Shown here in pieces: positions 12,826-26,686 of a DNA stretch of 40,340 nucleotides. The stretch comes from Chiloscyllium plagiosum. Its lineage: Eukaryota. The stretch covers positions 1 through 40,340 of the forward strand of contig NW_025214449.1 in assembly GCF_004010195.1 (NCBI RefSeq). The letters run 5' to 3'. Below the pieces are notes generated by a model, which searched no databases, was not told the origin of the DNA, and was given only the letters and a program-made list of their open reading frames with translations. Position numbers and translations under genes: made by a program. Numbering within the stretch: the first letter of the stretch is position 1; each line of letters begins with the position of its first letter.

Positions 12826-13590
12826 ACATGCAAATGAACGCCAGTAGCTTCTCTCTCAATAACGGGGACAGTATCGGATACTGCAGCAGAGAGAGAGATA
12901 GACAAAGCTTTGTTTTCTTTTATTTCCCTATTTGTCTCGCTCTTAAAAACTCTCAGATCAGGGGTAATTACATAGCAGCCGACGACAGGGAGCATTCAAA
13001 CTTTAAAGATTAACTTCAACTCTTGCAATCTATGAAGAGAAGGGCTGGTCATTTGCACTGGCTGAATGAGATATTACTTGTCAGCTTTCATCTAGCAGCC
13101 GCGACATCTATATGATCCCCTGCAATCGCTTGTTTTTTTTACAGTAACACAATTTGCCAGATATATTAGGGACTGTCCGTACCAGACGTTACATTTATTC
13201 AGCTTTGTTACCACTGATTGGTATGTGAATAACTTTAAGTACTTTAATCTTCTACTCCTTTATGCAATTTATTTACATGTAACTTCTGTGGATGTGTGTA
13301 AGGCAATGTGCATATCTGGATACTGCATGCCATTTTCCTCATTTATTTTCAGTGCTATAAGAAATAAAACTACTTTGCAGAAATGGTAAATTTATACCTG
13401 TGTCTCAATTCGACGTACGTTGAAACTCAGAAGTTCAGAAGTCTCTATTGTAGATAAGAGGCATAAAACTAGATTAAAATATTGTATTGTTCTGAAGTTC
13501 ACCTTTAAAATACCTTTTTATTATTTCAACATTATTTTAAAAGGGACTTGAGCACACCCAAACATGCAAATGAACGCCAGTAGCTTCTCT
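12826..13590 (+). repeat. Perfect 29-bp direct repeat pair (12826-12854 and 13562-13590) containing an ATGCAAAT octamer
   Basis: ACATGCAAATGAACGCCAGTAGCTTCTCT is read at both positions. Confidence 0.95.
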
Positions 13591-14284
13591 TGCGGCTTGA
13601 ATAAAAAAAACTTTTTGAACTGGTTTCAATATTTGCATATTTCATTGTATCTCCTTGTCCTGTCCTGACAAATCAAATGCACTTGTCTATCAATCATCCA
13701 ACTGCCCGTGTACATCACCACATAATATGATCCTCTACAGCACTGAGCAAAAAAGTTTCTAAAATAACACACAGGAGCAATCTTTAGCGTAAATATTAAT
13801 TTAGACATAAATCAGAATAAAGTCATTACACAAGACGAAAATGTTATGGACGCTGATTGAAATCTAATAGCCTATTTCAATTTGTCATATTACAGAGTGC
13901 TTGGTGTCGTTGAGTGAAGTCGAAGGGCTGCAGTAACCCCCTTGGGTACCAGCCTTTGATGGTCTAATAATGTTCACACATCCCACACCCCCTGCCGAAA
14001 ATTACAACTGATTGTTTTGCCGATTATTTCACAGAACTTTTAATTTCTGCTTTCCAAAGGATCGTTGCCCGCGGTAATTGCAAAGGACCTGTCCTTGTAT
14101 GTGTCAGGAATCTGAAAGAGAAAGAGAGAGAGAGAGAGGGGTGAAGGAGAATGTAATGTTTATGCTTACCACCAAATTTGCTTTTTGGTAGCTGAGGGAC
14201 GCTCCAAGTCATAAGGAAACTGATGCTGTAAAGTTGGACTTTATGTTTAAACGGGACGTTATAAAGCATTAAAAAGGCTACTGA

Positions 14285-14385
14285 GGTCATTGGACTCTGA
14301 TTTCTCTCTACAGATGCTACCAGACCCGCTGAGATTTTCAAGCAATTACTGTTTCTATTTTTGTTTCTAATTCTCAGCATCCGTG
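14285..14385 (+). mobile_element. Short Penelope-type terminal remnant ~0.8 kb upstream of the NKX1-1 start
   Basis: actctgatttctctctacagatgctaccagacccgctgagattttcaagca...ctcagcatcc matches 37612-37695. Confidence 0.7.
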
Positions 14386-14479
14386 TTTTTTTAATTTTGT
14401 TTTTAAAATCGCGATATTTACCATTACTTTTACAATTAAAATAAAATATACCTTAGAAAAAAAATTACCTTAAAAAGGC

Positions 14480-15186
14480 CATTTTTCATTCAATAAATTA
14501 CACCAATCACCCCCATTAGCGGGCCGATATTTATTTTTGTAATAATGAAGTATAAGAATTGGTTAACTTTAATTTCTAGTCAAGCGTTCTCTTTTCAAAA
14601 AAAAATCCAAGTCTTAGATCCGAGGAGTGACGTGTGAAAGAGAAGATTAGGTGTTTAGGTACAAAATAGTTCTTTGTTTGCCACCCCCCCCCCCCCCCCC
14701 AATTATTAAAAGAAAGCGCCACCCTCTCCCAAATAAGGCTATTTAGATGCTTTACAGATGAGTGGGACTGTGCTGAAAAAATCCTGACAGCCAAGTATAT
14801 CACAGGCAACATCATTCGTCTCTCTCTCTCTCTCTGTGATGTAGATTAGAAGCTATTAGGGGCAATGGATTAATTTGTAGCCAATTACAAAACGTTGCTG
14901 AATATGAATGCATAAATAACACGCAGTCTGGCGAGTACCAGGGGCAGAAATGTCTAGGGGGAGTCCTAGGGGAAACAGCGAAGACTTCTGAGGATCCGGA
15001 GCACTTTGTGACTACACGTTCGTGCCCTTGATCGACGCCAGGGGTGCACAGGAATCAAAGATTTGGCTGCATATAATACAGCCTTTTATTTTTTAAAAAA
15101 GGACTATTAAATAGTTGTTTTGTGCGTGTGGGGGGGGGGGGGGGGGCGAGGTTTGGGGAGGGGGGTGTGGGGGTTGTTCAGAAGTC
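14480..15186 (+). promoter_or_regulatory. Candidate NKX1-1 promoter and 5' UTR
   Basis: CCAAT at 14502 and 14881, TCF/LEF-type ATCAAAG at 15054-15060, TATA-like ATATAATA at 15071-15078, CpG retention, directly upstream of the ATG. The TSS is not determined. Confidence 0.5.
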
Positions 15187-15640
15187 ATGAATGTGAACAG
15201 AGAAACGGTTCAGCCCGGTGATATCTCCTTGCCATCAGCGGCAGTGGCAGATCCGATATCTTGTACCATCCACACTGAAGCCATGGATGTGAATGGGGAC
15301 CAGAGGCTCCCGGGCAATGACCTAGCTCCCTACTCCTGCCCGGCAAGCCGGGACAGGCCAGGGGACACGCAGGGCATCTCTGCTCAAGAGGCAGTGGTCG
15401 TGGTTCCTGCCCCAACCAGCAACAATAGGACCACCTCGTTCTCGGTCTTGGACATTTTGGACCCCAACAAATTTAACAGCAGCAAACGCCGGCAGTGCAG
15501 CATTCTCTACAGAGCGGCCAGCGAGTACACAGGAGCAGCGGCGGGGGAGAGGGCTGCGGATGCTTTCTGCGAAATTGCAGACCAGAAAACGCTAAGTGAT
15601 AGCGGTTTGCACACATGCAAGAAGTCCGCTGACATAATCA
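15187..15640 (+). CDS. NKX1-1: NK1 homeobox 1 (Sax2), exon 1
   Basis: ATG at 15187 (MNVNRETVQPGD...). Contains the NK1 eh1/TN motif TSFSVLDILDPNKF at 15433-15474. Ends at a consensus donor A|GTAAGT (15641), phase 1. The choice of start codon is inferred. Confidence 0.88.
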
Positions 15641-19206
<3,566 letters not shown>

Positions 19207-20244
19207 GAGATCCGAAACGAACCCCCCACCCTTCCCCTCCCCAGCGCAACCCCTGAACCACACACGAACCCAAAGTAAACCCTGCCCCCCCCCAAACCAG
19301 AAAGGTCATCGCAGCTGTACACCAGGGTCTCCAAACATCCCCAGTAACCCTGGCTGTTTACTCGCTGTCTCAACTGAAGATCTGTAACACATCCAGACAC
19401 CCGTCCAGGTGTCCAATATTGACACTTTGTATTTATCTTTGTTTTGCTGTTTAATCTTAATGAACTGCTACAAAAGTTGGAATTGTTAAATATTTTTCTC
19501 CACACTGTTTGATTGTTTTCTTTTAAACTGAGCATCTTTTTTGCACTTAACCAAAGTTTTAATTTGATATTTAATTCAAAATTCGGGATTCCTTAATCTT
19601 CATTTTCATTAATTCCTTATCTTAAAAAGGGACTGGGATATTCATGCTGGAACTACGACTCTTAGTCGCCAAGAGGACCATCGCTTCGGCGCCCACCCCC
19701 AACCCCCCACTCCCCCCACCGTGCCAGCATTCTGCTGCATTGCTGCCGGTTGTTTTTAATGTCACTTCACATATTTATAACATTTCTATTGCCTGATCGG
19801 TCACCCCGATGGCCGAAACTGCAACATAGGACACGTCATTGCCTCCCAAAGAAACTGTATGCTCTTCTTCCACCTCATGAAACTTGGTTCACCGGGAGAG
19901 GAGGGGATGTCAATTCGCAAATAACCTACTCTTTCAACAATTCCATAAAATGAAACAAACATGTCTTGTTCTCGATTTTCAAAGTAAGTGTGGTGCAAGG
20001 AAAGGGAGTGACAACCCATAAAGATGGATATGTTGCCTTTTGTTTGTAGAAAGTCGGTGTTCCTGTGACAGCCCTAATTAAAAATGGAATATTTCTGTCT
20101 GAAGCGTTCAGCAATGCATCCGGTATTACTGTTCCAGGTATTTGGAGGCTGAGGGACCTAGAGGACGAGAGTCTGTTTGGGAGATGGTTTTGTAGAATGA
20201 CGGTCGCCTGTGCTGTTCCAGTATTTTTTTTAGTGCGTTGTTGA

Positions 20245-20250
20245 AATAAA
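20245..20250 (+). terminator. Candidate proximal polyadenylation signal of NKX1-1
   Basis: AATAAA followed ~15 nt later by T-rich cgttttagtcatttt. Confidence 0.35.
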
Positions 20251-21630
20251 TATGCAGGGTTCGTTTTAGTCATTTTAACTCTTCCCCTGTAAACACACTG
20301 AATTCTGTACGTGTAACTGCGGCGAAAACCTTACGTGCAATGTACAGGAAGTGCAAGGCCACTATTCAAAAGATGAAACTAGAAATTTAATTATGGACCA
20401 AAAGATGCTGAAGATTCACGAACCTTTCCCTGATTGTGTTTTATTTTGGGGGACTTACTAAATCAGCTTCTCCAAAAACCCAAACTGCAGCCGATTCTCT
20501 GTTATTACATTAAATTTATTTTTGTTTTCCAAGTTATGTTAAAGAGAACTATTGCAAATTTTGCTGGTACTATAATAATAACTGGACGTTGTCACATTTG
20601 ATTATAAAATCAGATTGCGTTATGGTCTCAATACTGGTAGATTGGAGATTTCCGAATACATGGAAGGCAGTTCCCAGCAGATATCGCAGTTTTGCATAGA
20701 AGCTTCTGTTACTCACTGGGAACAAAATCAATAGTGAAGATGTTTTCAGGCAATCATTCCCCTTCCAGTTAATGTGAGGGTCATAGCGTTGTCCTTCTGC
20801 CCAAAGTCGACAACTTAATAAACCACGTTTATTGAATGTCATATCAGAAAGTTGTTCTGAGGTTCTTAAAAGGGAGAATAAAAATAAACCTTTTTAAAAA
20901 TATTTTAATCTCGTACTGCTAGTGATTCCATAATAAGTCTGTACCACACACGGATACTAAACTGGAAACTTTCCCCTAATGTCTCTCACAAGACGAAGAC
21001 ATTATTGCCTCAATACGTCACCTTAACTTGAATTCACTGGAAGAAACTTGTTGTCACTGATGGTTATGCATTATTTTTGGCAAACTGCCTGAAATAGTTT
21101 CTAATTCTTAATGGAATGATACTGAATAAAACCCATTGGAGTCCAAAAACAATTTATATTGATAATTGTGTTGATATCTTAATATTATTGTAAACCTATT
21201 GTTCGTTTTCTGTTAAATGTGTCATGAAACACCCAAATCAAGGTCTCAGGGTACATAATTTACAAAAGTACAAGTTCTGGATATTGTTGACAGAGAATGC
21301 TTTCTCTTGTGAAACCATTATTATCCATTACTTGAATTATTAATTGTTGGATGAGGGAACCGTCTAGTCTAGAACTGGAAAAGGCAAAAAAAAATCAACA
21401 TTCTTAATCATTTTTTAAAATTAAAACGCCGTGACACGGAGAATGCTAACAAAACACATACAATGTCAAAAGGATCTGAGATTTTGTTGTTTTTATTTAC
21501 ACTGTATATTTATGATGTTCTATAGTTGAATTTGTAATTGATGTAACTTATGAGAGAGTGGTACTCCGATATTATATGGCTAATGAACGAACGAGCACTT
21601 TGGTAGCTAAAATACTTTAAATGAACAATC

Positions 21631-21636
21631 AATAAA
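21631..21636 (+). terminator. Candidate distal polyadenylation signal of NKX1-1
   Basis: AATAAA with upstream TGTA/U-rich elements (21480-21550) and downstream tttattttgcctgttgtatttt. Confidence 0.4.
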
Positions 21637-23029
21637 TGAGTCTATGCTAATCACCTTTATTTTGCCTGTTGTATTTTAGTGACAATGCACTCACTGGCAA
21701 TAAATATATTTGATACATTGTACATGCATTCAGCGTTTTGAGCAATTTGCAGCCTTATTAAAATTCGACCTTACTTTTTTTGGAAAGAAACGCAACAAAC
21801 GAAATTTGGACGGACATTCTGGTCGACTCGTATTAAACCGTTTGGGGCCATCTCGGGTCTTGTTTCTCTCGACCCTCCCGCCTTTCCTCCTCCTCTACCG
21901 CGTGGGCAAAATGTTTTGGCCTTGCCTTCTTCGACACCCCTTTTTGTGAATTCATGCTGCGCCTCGGAATCATTGTATCGTCTTTCCTCTTGAAGTCTTC
22001 CTGTCTTTCCCTGAACACGTTATCAACCAAATCTCGTAAATTTGCAAATAAAAGATGTTTTGAGGTGCGAGGAAATAGAGATGGGAGTGTGACCTGGAAG
22101 TTAGGAAAGACCCCACAACATTATCCACAAAATCTTACAGTTAAAACTATGTTTTTTGTTGTTGACTGCACTATGGTTTCCAATTCCTCAGACACTCGTA
22201 ATTTCATTCATTGATGGTCACTTCCTTCGCCTATTTACCTTCTTTTTTCTCTCTGCTTCATCTTTATTTAAAACAACAAAGGATTTTTGCCCCCGCCCTC
22301 CTCTGCTTTTTCTTTCCCAACTAACGTTTTGGTCTGTAATTTCTGTAAACGCGCTCACACTTTCCCATTAACATGTCAAAAGGTATCGTCGGGCCCAACT
22401 CACACAAGAGAAAAAAATGATCAGAAAACGAGGGTTAAGTTTCAATAAGAGTACGAATGTGCCCATTAAAATTCCTTATTCGTTGGATTTGTTCTAATGA
22501 CCTTCCCGATTAATATCTGATTGTTGTTGTCACAGATGGTTTTTGAGCTCATGAAATTTCCATTAGATGGAATTTAAAGCGATGCTGGCGCACCTCCGTT
22601 TTCCTAATTTAACGAGACTTGCAAACCCGAGGGCCGTGTTCTCAATGCAATTTACTGTGTTTCCCAACTGTTGGTACAGTAGCTTGTTGGTGACGGCCTT
22701 AAACGATATCCTTCTAATCCTATTAACTGTTTGTCCTTGTTTGCTTTCCTGAGTGAGGTTTTTTTTGATAGCCTTTTCTGTGACTGTTGGCATGTGAAGC
22801 GTGAGGAATTCATAACGTCTGACACTTTTTAAAAAATGCATCGCTCCAACGAAACTGATCATCTCGAAATGCAAATTGGGTTGATGAAACCCCAAGTTGT
22901 CGCCTTTGTGAAGAAAGGACGCCCTCTGCAGCAGGTCCGATGCCCCGGTCAAGACTCTGCTCAGGTCACCTGGGCAGCACCTCCATACATACCCAAACAG
23001 AATATTGGATTTAGAACTTTGAAATTAAG

Positions 23030-23108
23030 TGAAAAAAAAAGAGAATGCTGGAGAAACTCAGCAGGTCTGACAGCATCCATGAGGAGAGAAACAGCGTTAA
23101 TATTTCTA
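23030..23108 (-). mobile_element. Penelope-type terminal remnant
   Basis: gaatgctggagaaactcagcaggtctgacagcatc...gaaacagcgttaatatttc is the reverse complement of the 37600-37665 sequence. Confidence 0.7.
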
Positions 23109-23475
23109 GTTGATTATCATTCCAACCTCTCTTCCTCAATGACTTAACTCTGATTTTGAGGTTATGTCCTTCTGTCCAAGACTCTGTCACGACTTTCTTT
23201 CTGTCTACACTTGCAATTCCTTTCAAAATCATAACACTTCAACCAAATCACCTTTAATTCTCTATATTACAGAGAATACAAGCCTAGTTAATGAAATCTG
23301 TCTCTATAATCTAACCTTTGGTACTCTGTTAACACCGTGGGAAATTTGTACTGCATGCTTCCCAAGTTCAATTTAGTATTTCTCAACTGTGCTGCCACTG
23401 TACATTGTCCTACTAGTAGTGTTTTGTACAGCTGAAGCAAAATTACCTGCCTTTAATATTCTGCACACCCCAACT

Positions 23476-23791
23476 GGGCAGCACAGTGGCCAGTGGATAG
23501 CACTGCTGCCTCACAGGACCAGGGACCCAGGTTTGATTCCAGTCTTGGGTGATTGTCTGTATGGAGTTTGCACATTCTCCCCACATCTATGCAGGTTTGC
23601 TCTGGTTTCCTCCCACAGTCCAAAGGTGTCCAGGTTAGGTAGATTTACCATGCTAAATTGCCAATAGTAAGCAGGGATGTGCAAGCTAGGTGGATTAGCT
23701 ATGGGATATGTATGGTTACAAAGTCTGGGTCGGATGCTCTTCAGTGGGTCAGTTTGGGCAGAATGGCTTGCTTTCACATTGTAGGGATTCT
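23476..23791 (+). mobile_element. tRNA-derived SINE (HE1-like), older copy
   Basis: gggcagcacagtggccagtggatagcactgctgcctcacag...ggagtttgcacattctcccc, colinear with 392-711. Confidence 0.88.
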
Positions 23792-23799
23792 CACCCCCT

Positions 23800-24525
23800 C
23801 ACCAGCAGGTATAAATTTAACATTCTGCTAGCTCCTTTTTTTCTGCCTGATATTTCGCTAATCTTTGTGCATAGACTTGAAAATCATTTGGACTGCTACT
23901 GTTTCTATCTTTTCACAATTTAAATAATACTCAGATCTATCTTTATTTGGCCCAAAATGGATGACCTCACTTAACTTCATTGAAATCCATCTGCCACAGT
24001 TTCATTCGCTGACTAATCTATCAATGTCTCATTGTAATTTTATGCTCCTGTCTACACTATTTACTACATCACCAATCTTTGTGTCATTGGCAAACTTGAA
24101 TGTATAGCTTTCTTTTGACTTATCAATGATTTAATACATATAGTGACGTATTGAGGCCTCAGTACAGATCCTTGTGGGTTACCACTAACTATTTCCATAC
24201 AATTTGAGTACATAGCCATGGATTACTACACTCTTTCTTTTATCCAGTCTCTGAAATTGTTCAATAGTTTATGTTGGAATTTATAAGCATTTATTATAGC
24301 TAACAGTCTCTTATGTAGAATCTTATCAAATGCCTTCTGGAAGTCCAGATAAATGACATCAATTGGCAACTCTGCCTACCCTTTTAGTTACAGCCACAAA
24401 AATGTTTAATTAGGTTAATTTGAGATGACCGATCTTTCACAAATCCTGTTGACTGCCTCTCATCTGCTCAAATTTCTGAGCATTCAGCCATTCTGTCCTT
24501 ATTTATAATCTCCCTACAGCAAATG
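23800..24525 (-). mobile_element. Degraded CR1-type RT fragment
   Basis: atctttgtgtcattggcaaactt (antisense KFANDTK-like) and tcaaatgccttctggaagtcc (antisense DFQKAFD). Confidence 0.75.
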
Positions 24526-24535
24526 TCAGTATGAC

Positions 24536-25790
24536 TGTAATGTTTGGAACCAGGTGTTGACCTTGTTAACTACAAGATCCTTTATTTGGGTCGTTAACCT
24601 GGGCCAATCAGGAAGCCCGGACTGACCAATATATTTTGAATCTTGGGGTGGAGGGTGTTGCACGCAGCAGTACCCTGCAACTGCAGATTGCGGTGGTTCA
24701 CGGACTCCCAGCCCAACTGCTTGTTCTGTGGCGCTGTGGAGTCCGTGGACCACATGTATATTGAGTGTGGGCGTTTGCACTCCCTTTTTGATTTTCTGAA
24801 AAACTTCCTCCTCTGCTTTTGGTTGCACTTCAGTCCCACGCTCCTGATCTTCGGGCACCTGGTACAGAGGAAGGAGGGCAGGTCTGAAGACCTCCTCGTG
24901 GGTCTGCTCCTGGGCCTGGCCAAACTGGCCATCAACAGGTCGAGGCAGCGGGCCATGGAGGGGGTCGTTAGGGCTGACTGCCTGTCCCTCTTCTGTGGTT
25001 ATGTTAGGGCCCGGGTGTCCTTGGAGAAGGAGCACGCGGTGTCCACCAACACCCTGGAGTTGTTCAGGGAGAGGTGGGTGCCGCAGGGAGTGGAGTGCAT
25101 CATTTCTCCCTCCAACTCTATTTTGATTTAGTCCCTATGCTCTTCTTCACTGTTTTGATCACACAGCACTGCCCTTTGATGTGAAGGGCAGTGTTTGTCA
25201 CTGGCCACCCGGGTGTTTTCCTATCTTCCTGGTGGTGGAATTTGAATAAAGATTCGTGCACTTTGTGTCTTCCACTGTGTCTCACACCTACACACACACC
25301 ATGGGTGCTGGGGAAAAAATAAACACTACCGCACTTAGGTGGTAGTGTGAGGGTTAATATAAAAAAAAGGACGTCAAAAAAATAAGCAAAAAAAAAATAT
25401 TTTGAATCTTGGGGTGGAGGGTGCTGCACACACACACACCATGGGTGCTGGGGAAAAAATAAGCATTACCGCAGTTAGGCGGTAGTGTGTGTGTGTGGGG
25501 GGGGGGGGGGAGAGAAAAAAAAGAAAAAAAAAGGAGATTCACACAGCATTGCCCTTTACAGAGAAAAATAAATAAATAAATAGGAGATTCACACAGCATT
25601 GCCCTTTGATGTGAAGGGCACTGCTTGTCACTGGCCACTTGGGTGTTTTCCCTATTAAAAAAAATATATATTTTGAATATTCTCAGTTCAGGGACTGACT
25701 CCCAGCTGGCTGCCACCAGCCAGTGTTCAGTGCGCAAGTAAATAAAGGGTGACTTGGTGATGGGATATCAGCCGCTGTGCTGTTATTTTA
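24536..25790 (+). mobile_element. Solo LTR (~220 bp once the nested insert is removed) with 5-bp TSD ATGAC
   Basis: Starts TGTAAT and ends gttattTTA (presumed decayed ...CA). ATGAC at 24531-24535 and 25791-25795. Contains CCAAT (24604), a TATA-like site and AATAAA (25741). Confidence 0.8.
24642..25665 (+). mobile_element. 5'-truncated Tx1-like (L1 clade) retrotransposon and appended 3' UTR modules, 13-bp TSD
   Basis: Intact ORF2 tail to 25131 with zinc-binding CLFCGAVESVDHMYIEC (CCHC), then 3' UTR and A-tails. ATATATTTTGAAT flanks it at 24629-24641 and 25666-25678. Confidence 0.85.
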
Positions 25791-25828
25791 ATGACAAACC
25801 TATAGTATTGCCAATGAAGGAGAAACAC

Positions 25829-25862
25829 TGTTGAAGTTTTTCATCTTGCACTCATCAGAACA
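25829..25862 (-). ncRNA. Minimal type I hammerhead-ribozyme-like motif (repeat-borne)
   Basis: Minus strand UGUU-CUGAUGA-GU GCAAG AU-GAAA-AAC-UUC-AACA: intact core and a perfect 4-bp stem I, with weak stems II and III. Confidence 0.55.
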
Positions 25863-26072
25863 AATGCAAGAATGTCAAATTTCAAATTTATGCAGCACAA
25901 ACAAGGATGTTGATTGGTTGGCAAGTCAGCTCATTTGGTCAAAGCATTGCCATGGAGTATGCACCAATGTCCCCCACAATTTTCTTTAACACAGGAAAGT
26001 CATAATGTCTGGACATGTATTCTTTATCTAGACAGGGACAGGATAGGGCCCTGCAAATTCATAGATATGGCT

Positions 26073-26686
26073 TCTGACCACCCCATGGCCCAACACTTCA
26101 ATTTTCCCTCCCACTCCACCAAGGACATGCAGGTCCTTGGACTCCTCCATCACCAGACCATAGCAACATGACGGTTGGAGGAAGAGCGCCTCATCTTCCG
26201 CATAGGAACCCTCCAACCACAAGGGATGAACTCAGATTTCTCCAGTTTCCTCATTTCCCATCCCGGAGGAGAAAGTGAGGTCTGCAGATGCTGGAGATCA
26301 AAGTTGAAACTTTATTGCTGGAACAGCACAGCAGGTCAGGCAGCATCCAGGGAACAGGAGATTCGACGTTTCGGGCACAGGCCCTTCCCATCCCCCCACT
26401 TTGTCTCAGTCCCAACCCTCAAACTCAGCACCACCTTCCTAACCTGCAATCTTCTTCCTGACCTCTCCGCCCCCACCCCCACTCCGGCCTATCACCCTCA
26501 CCTTTACCTCCTTCCACCTATCGCATTTCCAACGCCCAAGTCCCTCCTCCCTACCTTTTATCTTAGCCTACTTGGCACACCTTCCTCATTCCTGAGGAAG
26601 GGCTCATGCCCGAAATGTCGATTCTACTGCTCCTTGGATGCTGCCTGACCTGCTGCGCTTTTCCAGCAACACATTTTCAGCTCTGA
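26073..26686 (+). mobile_element. Penelope-like element 3' end (GIY-YIG endonuclease C-terminus, C-rich UTR, hammerhead-bearing terminus)
   Basis: Translation HPMAQHFNFPSHSTKDMQVLGLLHHQTIAT*RLEEERLIFRIGTLQPQGMN fits the PLE endonuclease end, with one in-frame stop. CTGAGGA-A-GGGC-TCAT-GCCC-GAAA-T-GTC at 26592-26619. Confidence 0.85.

Noticed and set aside
15115..15186. Upstream extension of the exon 1 ORF (MFCACGGGGGG...)
   Set aside because: It starts at TTG and simply translates the poly-G tract. The first ATG is at 15187.
22563..23147. 100-130 aa ORFs downstream of NKX1-1 as exons of a neighbouring gene such as UVSSA
   Set aside because: I see no recognisable homology or clear splice structure, and one ORF runs into a repeat.
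25397..25607. CRISPR-like repeat-spacer array
   Set aside because: The repeats are of different types, irregularly spaced and A-tailed, in a eukaryotic retroelement context with no cas genes.
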